A DNA stretch of 64,000 nucleotides from Candidatus Latescibacterota bacterium (GTDB taxonomy: Bacteria > Latescibacterota > UBA2968 > GCA-2709665), in assembly GCA_965203805.1 (NCBI GenBank), contig OZ241917.1, positions 4,160,001-4,224,000 of the forward strand, given 5' to 3'. Shown piece after piece: positions 19,640 through 28,910 of the stretch; within the stretch, counting starts at the first letter, position 1; every line of letters begins with the position of its first letter. Under the pieces are notes generated by a model. It was not told the origin of the DNA. It saw only the letters and a list, made by a program, of their open reading frames with translations, and did not search any database. Position numbers and translations under genes: made by a program.

Positions 19640-20821
19640 ATGGCTGACGAAGGCAGCGCGATCTACCCGGGTATCAGGATCACGGGCGTGGACACGTTCC
19701 TGGTGAAAGGGAACTGCTGTTTCGTTAAGATCAGGACGAACGAAGGGATCACGGGGTTGGGCGAGGGCTCGATCAGCGACAATAAGGTGGGCACCATCGC
19801 GCAATGCATCAAAGACCTCGAGGGACACCTCGTTGGCAAGAACCCCACGGACATCGAGCATCTCTGGCAGGGGCTCTTCCGCTGGAACCGCTGGCACGTG
19901 GGCGTGCTCTTCACCACCGCCCTCAGCGCCATCGACATCGCACTGTGGGATATCCTGGGAAAGATCGCGGGCCTGCCGATCTACAAGCTCCTGGGAGGCG
20001 CCGCGCGGGACAAGGTCCGCATCTACGCCGGCGGCGGGGGGAAGGCGGGCGTGCAGCGCGCCAGAGCCATGGGATGCAACGCCGTCAAGACGGGACCGCC
20101 GGTGACCAGAGCCGGCGACCCGCTCACGGTGCCCATGCCCTGGGACCTGAAACGGGCGGTCCGTCAGATCGAGGAGATGCGGATCGAAGGGGGCGATGAC
20201 TTCGACATCCTCATCGACGCCCACGGTCGTCTGACGCCGACGATGGCGCTTGAGTACTGCAGGGCGGTGGAACCCTACCGCCCCTTCTGGGTGGAGGAAC
20301 CGATCCAGGTGGAAGGATCGAACGACGCGCTCGAGTGGCTGAGCGATCGCACGACGGCGCCGCTGTGCATGGGCGAGCGAAACTTCACGAAATGGGGCTT
20401 CCAGGACATCATCGCGAAGCGCCTGGTGAGCTACCTCAATCCGGACATCGTCCACTGCGGCGGCATCTCGGAGTTCAAGAAGATCGCGGCCATGGCGGAG
20501 GCGCAGTACATCCAGGTCTCACCCCACATCACCTACAGCAGGGTCGGAGTCACCGCCGAGATCCACATGGGCCTGAACTGCCCCAACAGCGTGATACAGG
20601 AGATGGCTTCCTACGCGGACGATCCCACCAGGGAGAAGACCGACTGGCGGGATGATCTGTTCTACGGGCACCGGTACCAGATCGAGGACGGCTTCGTGAC
20701 GTTGCCGGACACGCCCGGTCTGGGGCTCGAGCTGAACGAAGAGGTGGCCCGGGCGCACCCCTATGAACCGGTACTCAGGGAGGAACTCAGGTACGAGGAC
20801 GGATCGGTGGAGGACAACTGA
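19640..20821 (+). CDS. Mandelate racemase/muconate lactonizing family enzyme (galactonate dehydratase-like)
   Basis: SAIDIALWDILGK, DAHG, WVEEP, GER, PGLG. Confidence 0.92.
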   Translation: MADEGSAIYPGIRITGVDTFLVKGNCCFVKIRTNEGITGLGEGSISDNKVGTIAQCIKDLEGHLVGKNPTDIEHLWQGLFRWNRWHVGVLFTTALSAIDIALWDILGKIAGLPIYKLLGGAARDKVRIYAGGGGKAGVQRARAMGCNAVKTGPPVTRAGDPLTVPMPWDLKRAVRQIEEMRIEGGDDFDILIDAHGRLTPTMALEYCRAVEPYRPFWVEEPIQVEGSNDALEWLSDRTTAPLCMGERNFTKWGFQDIIAKRLVSYLNPDIVHCGGISEFKKIAAMAEAQYIQVSPHITYSRVGVTAEIHMGLNCPNSVIQEMASYADDPTREKTDWRDDLFYGHRYQIEDGFVTLPDTPGLGLELNEEVARAHPYEPVLREELRYEDGSVEDN

Positions 20822-20883
20822 AGCGCGGGAAGTCCAAGGACGCTCTGTCCGGCTGAAGGGCCAGGCCCCCCGCCTGGCGCCAA

Positions 20884-23031
20884 TCATGTATTCATCACGA
20901 CCGCCGCGTGGCTGGCCGGGCCGCAAACCCCCGCGCTGTTGCGCGCCTTGAGCCGCAGTTGGTTCAGGCCCTCGTGCAGTTTCCACTCCAGGCAGGGGTC
21001 AGTTTGTTCGCGCCATTCGGCGCTGTCGATCTGCACCAGAAATGCGTCAAAGCACGGCGTCTCGGTATCCACGTCCACGCGCAGGACATCCGGCTCGGCG
21101 GTTTCGCTCAAGTAGAGTTCCGTCCGGTTGAGCGGGGGACTGAAATCCTGCCAGCGCCTGGTGTGCTGGTGGTATTCGCGTTTGCGGGGGAACACGTCGC
21201 GGTAGAAGCAATAGAAGAGATCGCTTCCCCAGTTGCTGGAGAGTCGCCACGGCAGCGGCCATGGACGGCTGGCAAAGTCGTTGCGCAGCACCATCTGCAA
21301 GTGTCCCTTGAGCATCAGGTGCTCCGGCCCTCCGCTCAGGTCGTCAATCGAAAAGGCATTGTCGCCCTGGCGATAGGCAACGCGCGCGGCACGGAGCATT
21401 TCGAGGTCCGGCAGGCGCCATTGGATGGGATATTCCCAGGTCGCCGGTCCCGGCATGATCTCCGCCAGACGCTCGCTGACTTCCACCAGATTCAGGGGAA
21501 TGCCCGTGTCCGGATCGTAAATATAGTAATCGCGCGTCGCATCCAGGAATATCCACTTGTCGAACTCGTTTGACCACACTTCGGCCACTTCGTGTCCGTA
21601 CGTGTGTTTGGTGGAGATATTGACCCAGCGGGCCGGAAAGCCCATGGCCAAACAGGCGGCGATCAGGGTCAGATTGCAGTAGAGACAATGGCCGTCGCGC
21701 CGGCGTTTCCCGTTGTCGCCAGGCTGGCCGGGCCGTCCATTCTCATCCCTATCGAGTCGAGGTAAATCGTAGTAATTCCATTCGTAGGCATCCAGGCGGT
21801 CGATCGGTACTTTGTAGGCCCAGTGCATGAGTTGCAGCTGGGCCTCGAATTCAGTTGCCGCGCCTGAAACCATCGCGTCAAGTTCAAAGCGGCGGCGCAG
21901 TTCGTTCAAGCGGGCGAAATCTTCGTGGACGTAGGGCAGGGACGGGCGAATGACGCGCCCGTTGCGGAGTTGGAGAAGGCGATAACATCCATTGGAGCGG
22001 TGCTCGTGCTCGCGCCGTTGCGCCGCCACGGAAATCCCCTTGAATACCGGCGTCACCAGCGGATTGCGGGCGTACATGACCATCCTGAACTGCAGGTAAC
22101 GTCCAACGGGAGCGGGCCACGTCCTGGCGAAATTCGATACGGATTCGAAAGGGGTCCATGAGGCCGCTTCGGGCACCGGATTATCGCCCAGTCGCGCCTC
22201 TATTTCCACCAGGCTTCCCTCGGGCGCATCCACCTCCCATCCTACCCGGCACGCATCTATATCGAGCAATTTCGCGATTCCCTTTGTGTCCCCTCCTGTC
22301 GCCAGATCGATCACCGGCGAGACAAAGGTTCCCCGCGGTACGCTGCGGTCCAGACTGAGGCGGATGGCGTACTCCCCGTCGATTTCATCTCTCCAGCCCA
22401 GGTGCTCGAAATCCCAGGTGCGGCCTCCGTCCCGGCTCTTGGCGCTGCGGTCAGGGTGGCAGAGCCGCGTTTCAGAGCCTCGCTTGTATTCTCCATCGGC
22501 GGCCACCATGATTTCCCAGCTGGTCTCCTCCGATTCGGACCACAGGACGAACTCATTGGTACCCTGCCTCAGTGCGCCCACGGGCACTGCAACCACGAAC
22601 CAGTTGTCGAAGTGCGAGCCTCCCCAGTCGGTGGTGTAGTAGTGGCGGGCAGTCGGGTGGGCGATCTTGCTCGGAGGTCGGATCAACTGGTGACCATTGA
22701 TGGAGACGTGGAGCGCATGGTCATTGTCGTCCATTTCCCGTCCGTTGAAGACTAGCCAGGCGGCTGTGGCACGAGGATCATCCAGGACCAGATCTTTTCG
22801 CGCCATCACTCCTTTATGCAATTTCTCAAACCACGACCGGTCCTCGGCGCCTTCGGGCCGGCCGATGGCCGGCGCATCGTCTTCGACCAGGAGCATATCA
22901 TTGAGGACGATCGCCTTTCTCAGCTGGCAGTATTGGAGTTGATCGAACTGACCCCGTACTTCCAGCGCAGCGGCATCCAGCGAAAAACGGCAATTACTCT
23001 TTAACGACATTTCTGAACACTCCCCGGTCAT
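20884..23031 (-). CDS. Large transglutaminase-like domain protein
   Basis: GHCLYCN...HEVAEVW...WIFLD Cys-His-Asp triad; ATGA overlap with the dipeptidase. Confidence 0.8.
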   Translation of the reverse strand: MTGECSEMSLKSNCRFSLDAAALEVRGQFDQLQYCQLRKAIVLNDMLLVEDDAPAIGRPEGAEDRSWFEKLHKGVMARKDLVLDDPRATAAWLVFNGREMDDNDHALHVSINGHQLIRPPSKIAHPTARHYYTTDWGGSHFDNWFVVAVPVGALRQGTNEFVLWSESEETSWEIMVAADGEYKRGSETRLCHPDRSAKSRDGGRTWDFEHLGWRDEIDGEYAIRLSLDRSVPRGTFVSPVIDLATGGDTKGIAKLLDIDACRVGWEVDAPEGSLVEIEARLGDNPVPEAASWTPFESVSNFARTWPAPVGRYLQFRMVMYARNPLVTPVFKGISVAAQRREHEHRSNGCYRLLQLRNGRVIRPSLPYVHEDFARLNELRRRFELDAMVSGAATEFEAQLQLMHWAYKVPIDRLDAYEWNYYDLPRLDRDENGRPGQPGDNGKRRRDGHCLYCNLTLIAACLAMGFPARWVNISTKHTYGHEVAEVWSNEFDKWIFLDATRDYYIYDPDTGIPLNLVEVSERLAEIMPGPATWEYPIQWRLPDLEMLRAARVAYRQGDNAFSIDDLSGGPEHLMLKGHLQMVLRNDFASRPWPLPWRLSSNWGSDLFYCFYRDVFPRKREYHQHTRRWQDFSPPLNRTELYLSETAEPDVLRVDVDTETPCFDAFLVQIDSAEWREQTDPCLEWKLHEGLNQLRLKARNSAGVCGPASHAAVVMNT

Positions 23032-24083
23032 TTCCACGCCGCGCGCAGAAGGCGGACCCAGTTTCCGTGCATGATGCCGGCAACGTCGGTCTGCGAGTAC
23101 CCGCGTTTTTCCAGGATGGCGGGAATCTTTCGCAGGTCGGCGATGGTGTCGAGATCCGAGGGGCACTGTTCCTTGCCGTAGCCGCCGTCCAGGTCGGTGC
23201 CGATGGCGGCGTGGCGCGAGTTCCCCATCAGTTGACAGACGTGGTCGATGTGGTCCACCACGGTTTCCAGCGTGATGCCCGTGTTGTCCATGGCGGCCCG
23301 GTCCCACAAGGGGGAGACCATCCATACGTCCATCGCTGCGCCAATGACGCCGCCGCGCTGGGCCAGTGCCTTAATCTGTCGATCGTCGAGTTGGCGGTCG
23401 TGGTCGCACAGAGCCCGGCAGCAGTTGTGCGTGGCCAGCACGGGACCGTTGAAGACCTCCAGGGCTTCCCAGAATGCTTGCTCGGCCAGGTGGCTCACGT
23501 CGAAGATGATCCCAACCGCCTCCAGGGCTTCGAGCATGGGGCGGCCTCTGGCCGTGAGGCCGCCCGGAGCCTGGGTCCCGTGCGAGTAGGCGCTCACCCC
23601 GTAGTGACACAAGCTCACGATCCGCAGGCCTTCATTCCACCACTTCGGTACCTGTTCCGGCGCCACAATGCCGTCCGCCCCTTCCATGCTGAGGACAAAT
23701 CCCAGCGGGGTCGTCTGCGGATCCTCATCCCACTCGGCCAAGTGGGCGTCGAGTTCAGCGCGATCGCGAATCTGGCGCAAGACGCCCCTGGCCTCCATCA
23801 GGCGGTAGTAGGCCAACTCGCCCATGCACCTGGCGTAGGCGATGTCCTGGGTGCGCACCCCGGAAAAGCGATTACCCATCGAAGCAAGCCGGCAGTGCAC
23901 CGTTACGAAGAAGAGTCCGATTCCGCCGCGCCGCAGTTCGGCGAAATTCACCACGTTCATGCCGCGGCCCTTCTGCGTCATCCCTGCCTCGGCCTCGCGT
24001 ATTTCGGCGATGGGCTGGAGCAGGTCCCGGTCCCATTCGAGCGCGTTGTGGGCGATATCCAGGTGGGCATCGACGATCAGCAT
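23028..24083 (-). CDS. Membrane dipeptidase (peptidase M19)
   Basis: VDAHLD, SMEGAD, DVSH, HIDHV, IGTDLDG. Confidence 0.95.
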   Translation of the reverse strand: MLIVDAHLDIAHNALEWDRDLLQPIAEIREAEAGMTQKGRGMNVVNFAELRRGGIGLFFVTVHCRLASMGNRFSGVRTQDIAYARCMGELAYYRLMEARGVLRQIRDRAELDAHLAEWDEDPQTTPLGFVLSMEGADGIVAPEQVPKWWNEGLRIVSLCHYGVSAYSHGTQAPGGLTARGRPMLEALEAVGIIFDVSHLAEQAFWEALEVFNGPVLATHNCCRALCDHDRQLDDRQIKALAQRGGVIGAAMDVWMVSPLWDRAAMDNTGITLETVVDHIDHVCQLMGNSRHAAIGTDLDGGYGKEQCPSDLDTIADLRKIPAILEKRGYSQTDVAGIMHGNWVRLLRAAWK

Positions 24084-24116
24084 GGAGGTTCTCCCATCGA
24101 TAATGTTCCAAAGGCG

Positions 24117-24235
24117 GTGAGACGTAAGACGTTAGACGGTAGAAGACGTATTTGCCCGATTGGTTTTTCCTTTATGCCTCCGGCAAGAAATGAAACCGCA
24201 CGGGGCAATAAAACCGGTAGACGTTAGACGGGAGA
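24117..24235. repeat. GT(A/T)AGAC heptamer repeats
   Basis: 24117-24138 and 24216-24235; inverted copy 28830-28856; further copy near 30578. Confidence 0.7.
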
Positions 24236-24537
24236 AGGTAGAGGATAACGTTACCAAAGTGTTTTCACGCTGACCGTGCCTGTTTCTCTACGGCCCCCGT
24301 CCTCTCCAAGCCTCCCCGTCCTTCCTCCCTACGGTCGGAAGTCCGGGTCCCAGGCTTGTCGAGTCCGACCCCCTTGTGTCCTATATCACTCTAGTAGTAC
24401 CGTACAGAGTGGTTTCTAGGGGTGATGGGGGGACTGACCTACAAAATTAGTTTCACTTAAGTCTGGAGTGATATAGTGCAGTCCCATGCACTATATCATT
24501 CCCAGCCTATGTTTATTTATAAAACGATAGTATTTAG

Positions 24538-26260
24538 CCCCAATTATTCACAAAAAAGGTAGTTTCCTTACCCAAGTCATTGTATTATATTATGGTTAGG
24601 CGAATAACCATAACACAATGAAACAGGAGGAAACTACCGTGGAAGGTCAAGATAGTCAACTCACAGTTCCGTTCGCAAGTGTTTCTGGCAAGCAGGTGGA
24701 AGCCGTCTTCGACGGCGGTGTGCTCACCAGCCTGCCTGCTGCAGGCAGGCGATATCGGGTCGATGTTGCTTCGAGAGGTGGAGTCCAGGATCGGCATTTT
24801 GTCTCGGATCGTCGAGGCGTTACCGGACCGTCGGCATCCCAGTTATGTGGATCACACGATGTCGGATCTGATCAGCCAGCGTGTGTTTCAGATCGCGTGC
24901 GCGTATGAAGATGCGAACGATTGCGATTTGCTGCGCTTTGACCCCGCGTTCAAGGCGGCCTGTGGTCGGTTGCCGATATCAGGGACGCCGTTGGCCAGCC
25001 AACCCACGATGAGTCGTTTGGAAAACGGCATTCGTCGCCGGGACTTATATCGTATTGCCGAGGCCTTGGTGGACGGGTTTATCGCGTCCTACAAGCGGCC
25101 TCCCAACGCGGTCGTTCTGGATATCGATGACACCGACGACGAGGTTTACGGCTGTCAACAGTTGGCGATGTTCAATGGCTATTATGGTGAACGCTGTTAC
25201 TGTCCCTTGCATATCTATGAAGGGCAGACAGGAAGACTGATCACGACGCTTTTGCGTCCGGGCGCCCGTCCTACCGGCAAACAGATTGTCACCGTTCTCA
25301 AGCGACTGGTGAAACGCCTTCGCGAGGCGTGGCCGCACGTGCGACTCTTTTTGCGTGGCGACGGCCATTTTTCCTGTCCCGAGGTCCACGACTTTTGCGA
25401 CGTGCAAGAGGTGTATTTCGTGCTGGGACAGACGGGCAATGCCAGGCTTGCACAACGGGGACACGCGCTGATCGAGCAGGCAAAGGCACAGTATCGGGAG
25501 ACCGGACAGCCTGTGCAGCGATTTACCAGTTTCGCTTACCAGGCAGATTCCTGGGCCGTGCCAAGACGCATCATCTACAAAGCTGAAATCACCGCTTCCG
25601 GACAAGCCAATACACGCTTTGTCGTCACCAACCTGAAGAGTAGCCAACCCTCATTCCTCTACAAAACCGTCTATTGTGCGCGCGGCCTGTCTGCCGGCCA
25701 GGCAGGCAGGATGGAAAACTTCATCAAGAATCACAAAACCTTCCTCCATTCCGATCGTACCTCCTGCCACACCTTCGAAGCCAATCACTTCCGTCTCTTA
25801 CTGCATAGTGCCGCTTATGTCCTGATGCACACCCTTACCGAAAAAGGACTCTGGACCACCCAATGGACGCACGCGCAGTTTAATACCATTCAGAATCGCA
25901 TCCTCAAAGTCGCCGGGAGAGTGTCCGAACTCAAAACCAAAATCAAACTCCATTTGCCAACCTCATTTCCCTTGAAACACCTCTATGGCACCATCCTATG
26001 CAATTTGGCAAAGGCAGTTCCATAACGCAGACGCTTCACGCAGGCAAAGCCGTCCCTTTCTCATCGCCAAAAGTAAGACCAAGGCATCCGTCTGTCCTTT
26101 CCATCCACAAATCAAAGAACTCGACACCCCTCGATGCTGACAGACCACCCAAAATTACGCATTATCCCGTCACCAACACGTCATTTGACTATTTCCCCTT
26201 CTATAGATCACTTTTTGCTTCCAAAAACACTGTTCCGTTCAGTTTCATGAATTAGTCAGG
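24538..26260 (+). mobile_element. IS1380-family insertion sequence
   Basis: IRs CCCCAATTATTCACAAA / TTCATGAATTAGTCAGG; TTAG target duplication (24534-24537, 26261-26264). Confidence 0.92.
24618..26025 (+). pseudogene. IS1380 DDE transposase frameshifted by a 19-bp palindrome insertion
   Basis: FDGGVLTS|DIG, YEDAND, SQPTMSRLEN, LDIDDT, LRGDG and RMENFIK motifs; frame restored by removing 24731-24749. Confidence 0.9.
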
Positions 26261-26309
26261 TTAGTACGAGCAAGCGGATATCTATTAGCGTACGGGTACA
26301 AGGAGGGGA

Positions 26310-26489
26310 ATGATATAGTCCACTACGGGGGAACCAGAACTAACCAAGCTGGAATATTTCACGGCGATGGCTCTGTCGGACTTCTGTACCCAGTATCAAC
26401 AAGGTCCGTATTCCTTTGACGAACTGGCCGAGTGGAGTGTTAAGGCGGGGCGGGCGACATTGAAGCAGTTGGAGCTGTCTGAAGAATAA
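26310..26489 (+). pseudogene. Phage-type small ORF (LTKLEYFTAMAL...) with TAG at codon 3
   Basis: Manual translation MI*STTGEPELTKLEYFTAMALSDF...AEWSVKAGRATLKQLELSEE; resembles the phage GLTKREYFAAMAM motif; hairpin terminator follows. Confidence 0.5.
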
Positions 26490-26637
26490 ACCCTTGGAAT
26501 ATTCATTATTCTGGGGGTTTTATTCTGTCTGTAAGAATATTTATTTTTCTTATAAAGGGGATTGAACTTACTTATAAAATCGGGTATCTTCATGGTAAGC
26601 CGAATTAATCTCCACTTTCACCGTTGGGAGGTTTACC

Positions 26638-27807
26638 ATGTTGAGGCACGTCGTTGTACTCGCGTCGGTAGGCGTTCTGTGGGGTTGCTCGGAGCAGCAT
26701 TCGGTAGATTCACCCGAACCGGTCGCCGGAAGCAAGTTGGCCGTCAAGAGTTTCACGCCTGTGAAGGGTCACGATTATGATCCTTTTAAGGTGTTAAACA
26801 GGGAGGATCGGAAAGCATCGTTGGGTGGAATTGAGGGAGCCACAGCCTATTTTGAATTGGTTGCGGCGCAGTTGGCTAGTGCGATGCATGACAAGGAAGC
26901 CAGGCGTATTATCCACACGGTCATTTCAAGTTGGAAAAAGGGAGACATAAAGTTGTCGGCAGTTGCAATAGAGTATCCGCATTTCGCACAGGTCTTTGCT
27001 ACTGGTTTTAAAGAAGCCATGCAGGATAAACGTCTTTCAAATCAATTGGCTCAAATTGCTCAAAGAAGTGCAACTGACGGTAAGGCGCTGTTCCAGGTAT
27101 TGGGTGCGATGGTAGATATCGAAGTAATTCTGGCTCTTCCCGAGGATCAAAGTTGGGATGGTTCAGAACCCATCGCGGTTATTTGGTCACCCATAGAGCG
27201 TAATCCAGATATAGTTCAGGGCATTGGAACGAATCTAAAGCCTATTCGTTTAAATGCTCATACGGATGAGCCTCCATATCCGTTACTCTCCTTAAATTTC
27301 GATGAGGATCAAACCCCAGAAGAAATAGAGAGCACATCATCGGTACCAGTGAACGATATCTGGAATTGGTCACTTATCACACCGGCGTACGCGCACAATC
27401 CAACCAATCATCCCAATTGTAACCACTTTCCGCTTATCAAGCCTGTGTATACAATTACTATCTTTAAGACACACGAAACTTGGGGTGACGACCCAGAGAT
27501 CTATATTAAGGTCTTGTTTTACAACAACGTTAGAACTGAGCGATTTGATCTTCCGGACGTCAACCGAGTTAACAAACCGTACAAGAATTATCGTCATCTG
27601 AAAACTATCCACGGTCCTTGCAACGGTGGGAGAGTCAAAAAGTTCCATGTCCTTGAGCGTGATTATTGGGGACTCCCTGATGATACCGTGGCGTGTTGGG
27701 AAGATGTTGTGATGACCAGAATGGGTATTCACGAATTGCTTCCCTCTGCTGCTGATTGTGGTGTCGAGGATGCGTGGCTTCATATCTCCTTTACAGGATT
27801 AGATTAA
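26638..27807 (+). CDS. Lipoprotein, hypothetical (possibly DUF3103-like)
   Basis: GGAGG RBS; lipobox LWGC; ETWGDDPEIY...FDLP segment. Confidence 0.8.
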   Translation: MLRHVVVLASVGVLWGCSEQHSVDSPEPVAGSKLAVKSFTPVKGHDYDPFKVLNREDRKASLGGIEGATAYFELVAAQLASAMHDKEARRIIHTVISSWKKGDIKLSAVAIEYPHFAQVFATGFKEAMQDKRLSNQLAQIAQRSATDGKALFQVLGAMVDIEVILALPEDQSWDGSEPIAVIWSPIERNPDIVQGIGTNLKPIRLNAHTDEPPYPLLSLNFDEDQTPEEIESTSSVPVNDIWNWSLITPAYAHNPTNHPNCNHFPLIKPVYTITIFKTHETWGDDPEIYIKVLFYNNVRTERFDLPDVNRVNKPYKNYRHLKTIHGPCNGGRVKKFHVLERDYWGLPDDTVACWEDVVMTRMGIHELLPSAADCGVEDAWLHISFTGLD

Positions 27808-27820
27808 TTGAGGTGTTGTT

Positions 27821-28312
27821 ATGAAACTCTCGATCTTGGGCATCATCGTGGGCGGTGGTCTTTTTGCAGGTGGGTTTGTAGTACATGATACTGACTACAG
27901 TCTCACTCAGTTTACTCATCCAGTCTCCGGAGACCCAGTGTGGGAAGCATCGAATATTTGGCCGCACGCCCACAGTCCTTCCGACAACTGGGAACACCTG
28001 GGCTGGTTGATGGGTGTAACAGGCGCGGCGATCCTCACCATGTCTATTGATCGGATGCAGAACTTGGACAAGACAGTACAGAAAGCTGAATCTAGGTTCC
28101 GCACCAAATGGGGAATGCTTGTTGGAGCCGGAGCCATAGTCGGAGGTCACTTTCTTCACGAACGCGGTGAAGATGATGAACTCCAACTTGTGGCTAGTCG
28201 GTATTACAATGGTCCCGTGCAATGGATCGACGCTCGTAACAACCCACGGGAACACCTGGGATATTTCTTGAGCGCGGCTGGTGCTTCCTGGTTCACGTAT
28301 TCAGCGAGGTAG
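27821..28312 (+). CDS. Small membrane protein with two-fold internal repeat
   Basis: GAGG RBS; VGGGLFAGGFVVHD/VGAGAIVGGHFLHE and EHLGWL/EHLGYF duplicated. Confidence 0.75.
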   Translation: MKLSILGIIVGGGLFAGGFVVHDTDYSLTQFTHPVSGDPVWEASNIWPHAHSPSDNWEHLGWLMGVTGAAILTMSIDRMQNLDKTVQKAESRFRTKWGMLVGAGAIVGGHFLHERGEDDELQLVASRYYNGPVQWIDARNNPREHLGYFLSAAGASWFTYSAR

Positions 28313-28334
28313 GGTATAGGTTCCCTTCCGCACA

Positions 28335-28378
28335 GCAGAAGCCCCTGGTCAGATATAATTTTGCCCAGGGGCTTCTGT
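28335..28378 (+). terminator. Hairpin terminator
   Basis: CAGAAGCCCCTGG...CCAGGGGCTTCTG downstream of the stop. Confidence 0.65.
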
Positions 28379-28910
28379 AAAACACGTCTGGGATCTGAGA
28401 TACAATAAATCTAACACCATTAATAGAGACATCTAAGAACACACTTCTTTCTAAATTGTGTGAACCCCCTTGGGTGATTTCCCCAGGGGGCTGTTTAATT
28501 CATCTTTGTTCTTTGATCTATATTCTTCTATCTTCTTCTCGCTACCAATCAACTATTCATCTCTAAGCGGAGAGGCGGTTATGTCGTCTTGTCAGGAAGA
28601 AAAGAAGAAAGTAGGTTATTTTGAAGATAATGACGGGTACAAGAAGGGGAATGGTGTAGTGCATGTGGACCCGTGGGGTAGGGAAAGCCGTAGCCCAGGG
28701 ACCCGGACTAGACGAGGACGGAGCGTAGCGGAGTCCGAGGATAGTTCGGGGAGGGCGAGGCTGGGAGAGTGGGGGAGGGTTCTCTACCGTTATCGTAACG
28801 ACAAGAAGGACCATAGGGCACATATATCATCTCCCGTCTTACGTCTAACGTCTACCCGATTCAGGCTCACCAATCCAAGCTGAAAGCTCTATCGTACGAC
28901 TGAAGATACA

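Larger units (their letters stand above)
24236..28829. mobile_element. Putative non-autonomous or phage-derived island with imperfect inverted arms
   Basis: Collinear inverted blocks at both ends, five copies of a GGGAATGATATAGTGCA-like motif, lower GC cargo. Confidence 0.5.

Noticed and set aside
24117-24510. CRISPR array
   Set aside because: Repeats are short, of mixed orientation and not regularly spaced; no cas genes in the window.
24618-24908. Programmed frameshift in the IS1380 transposase
   Set aside because: No slippery site; the shift is fully explained by the 19-bp palindrome insert.
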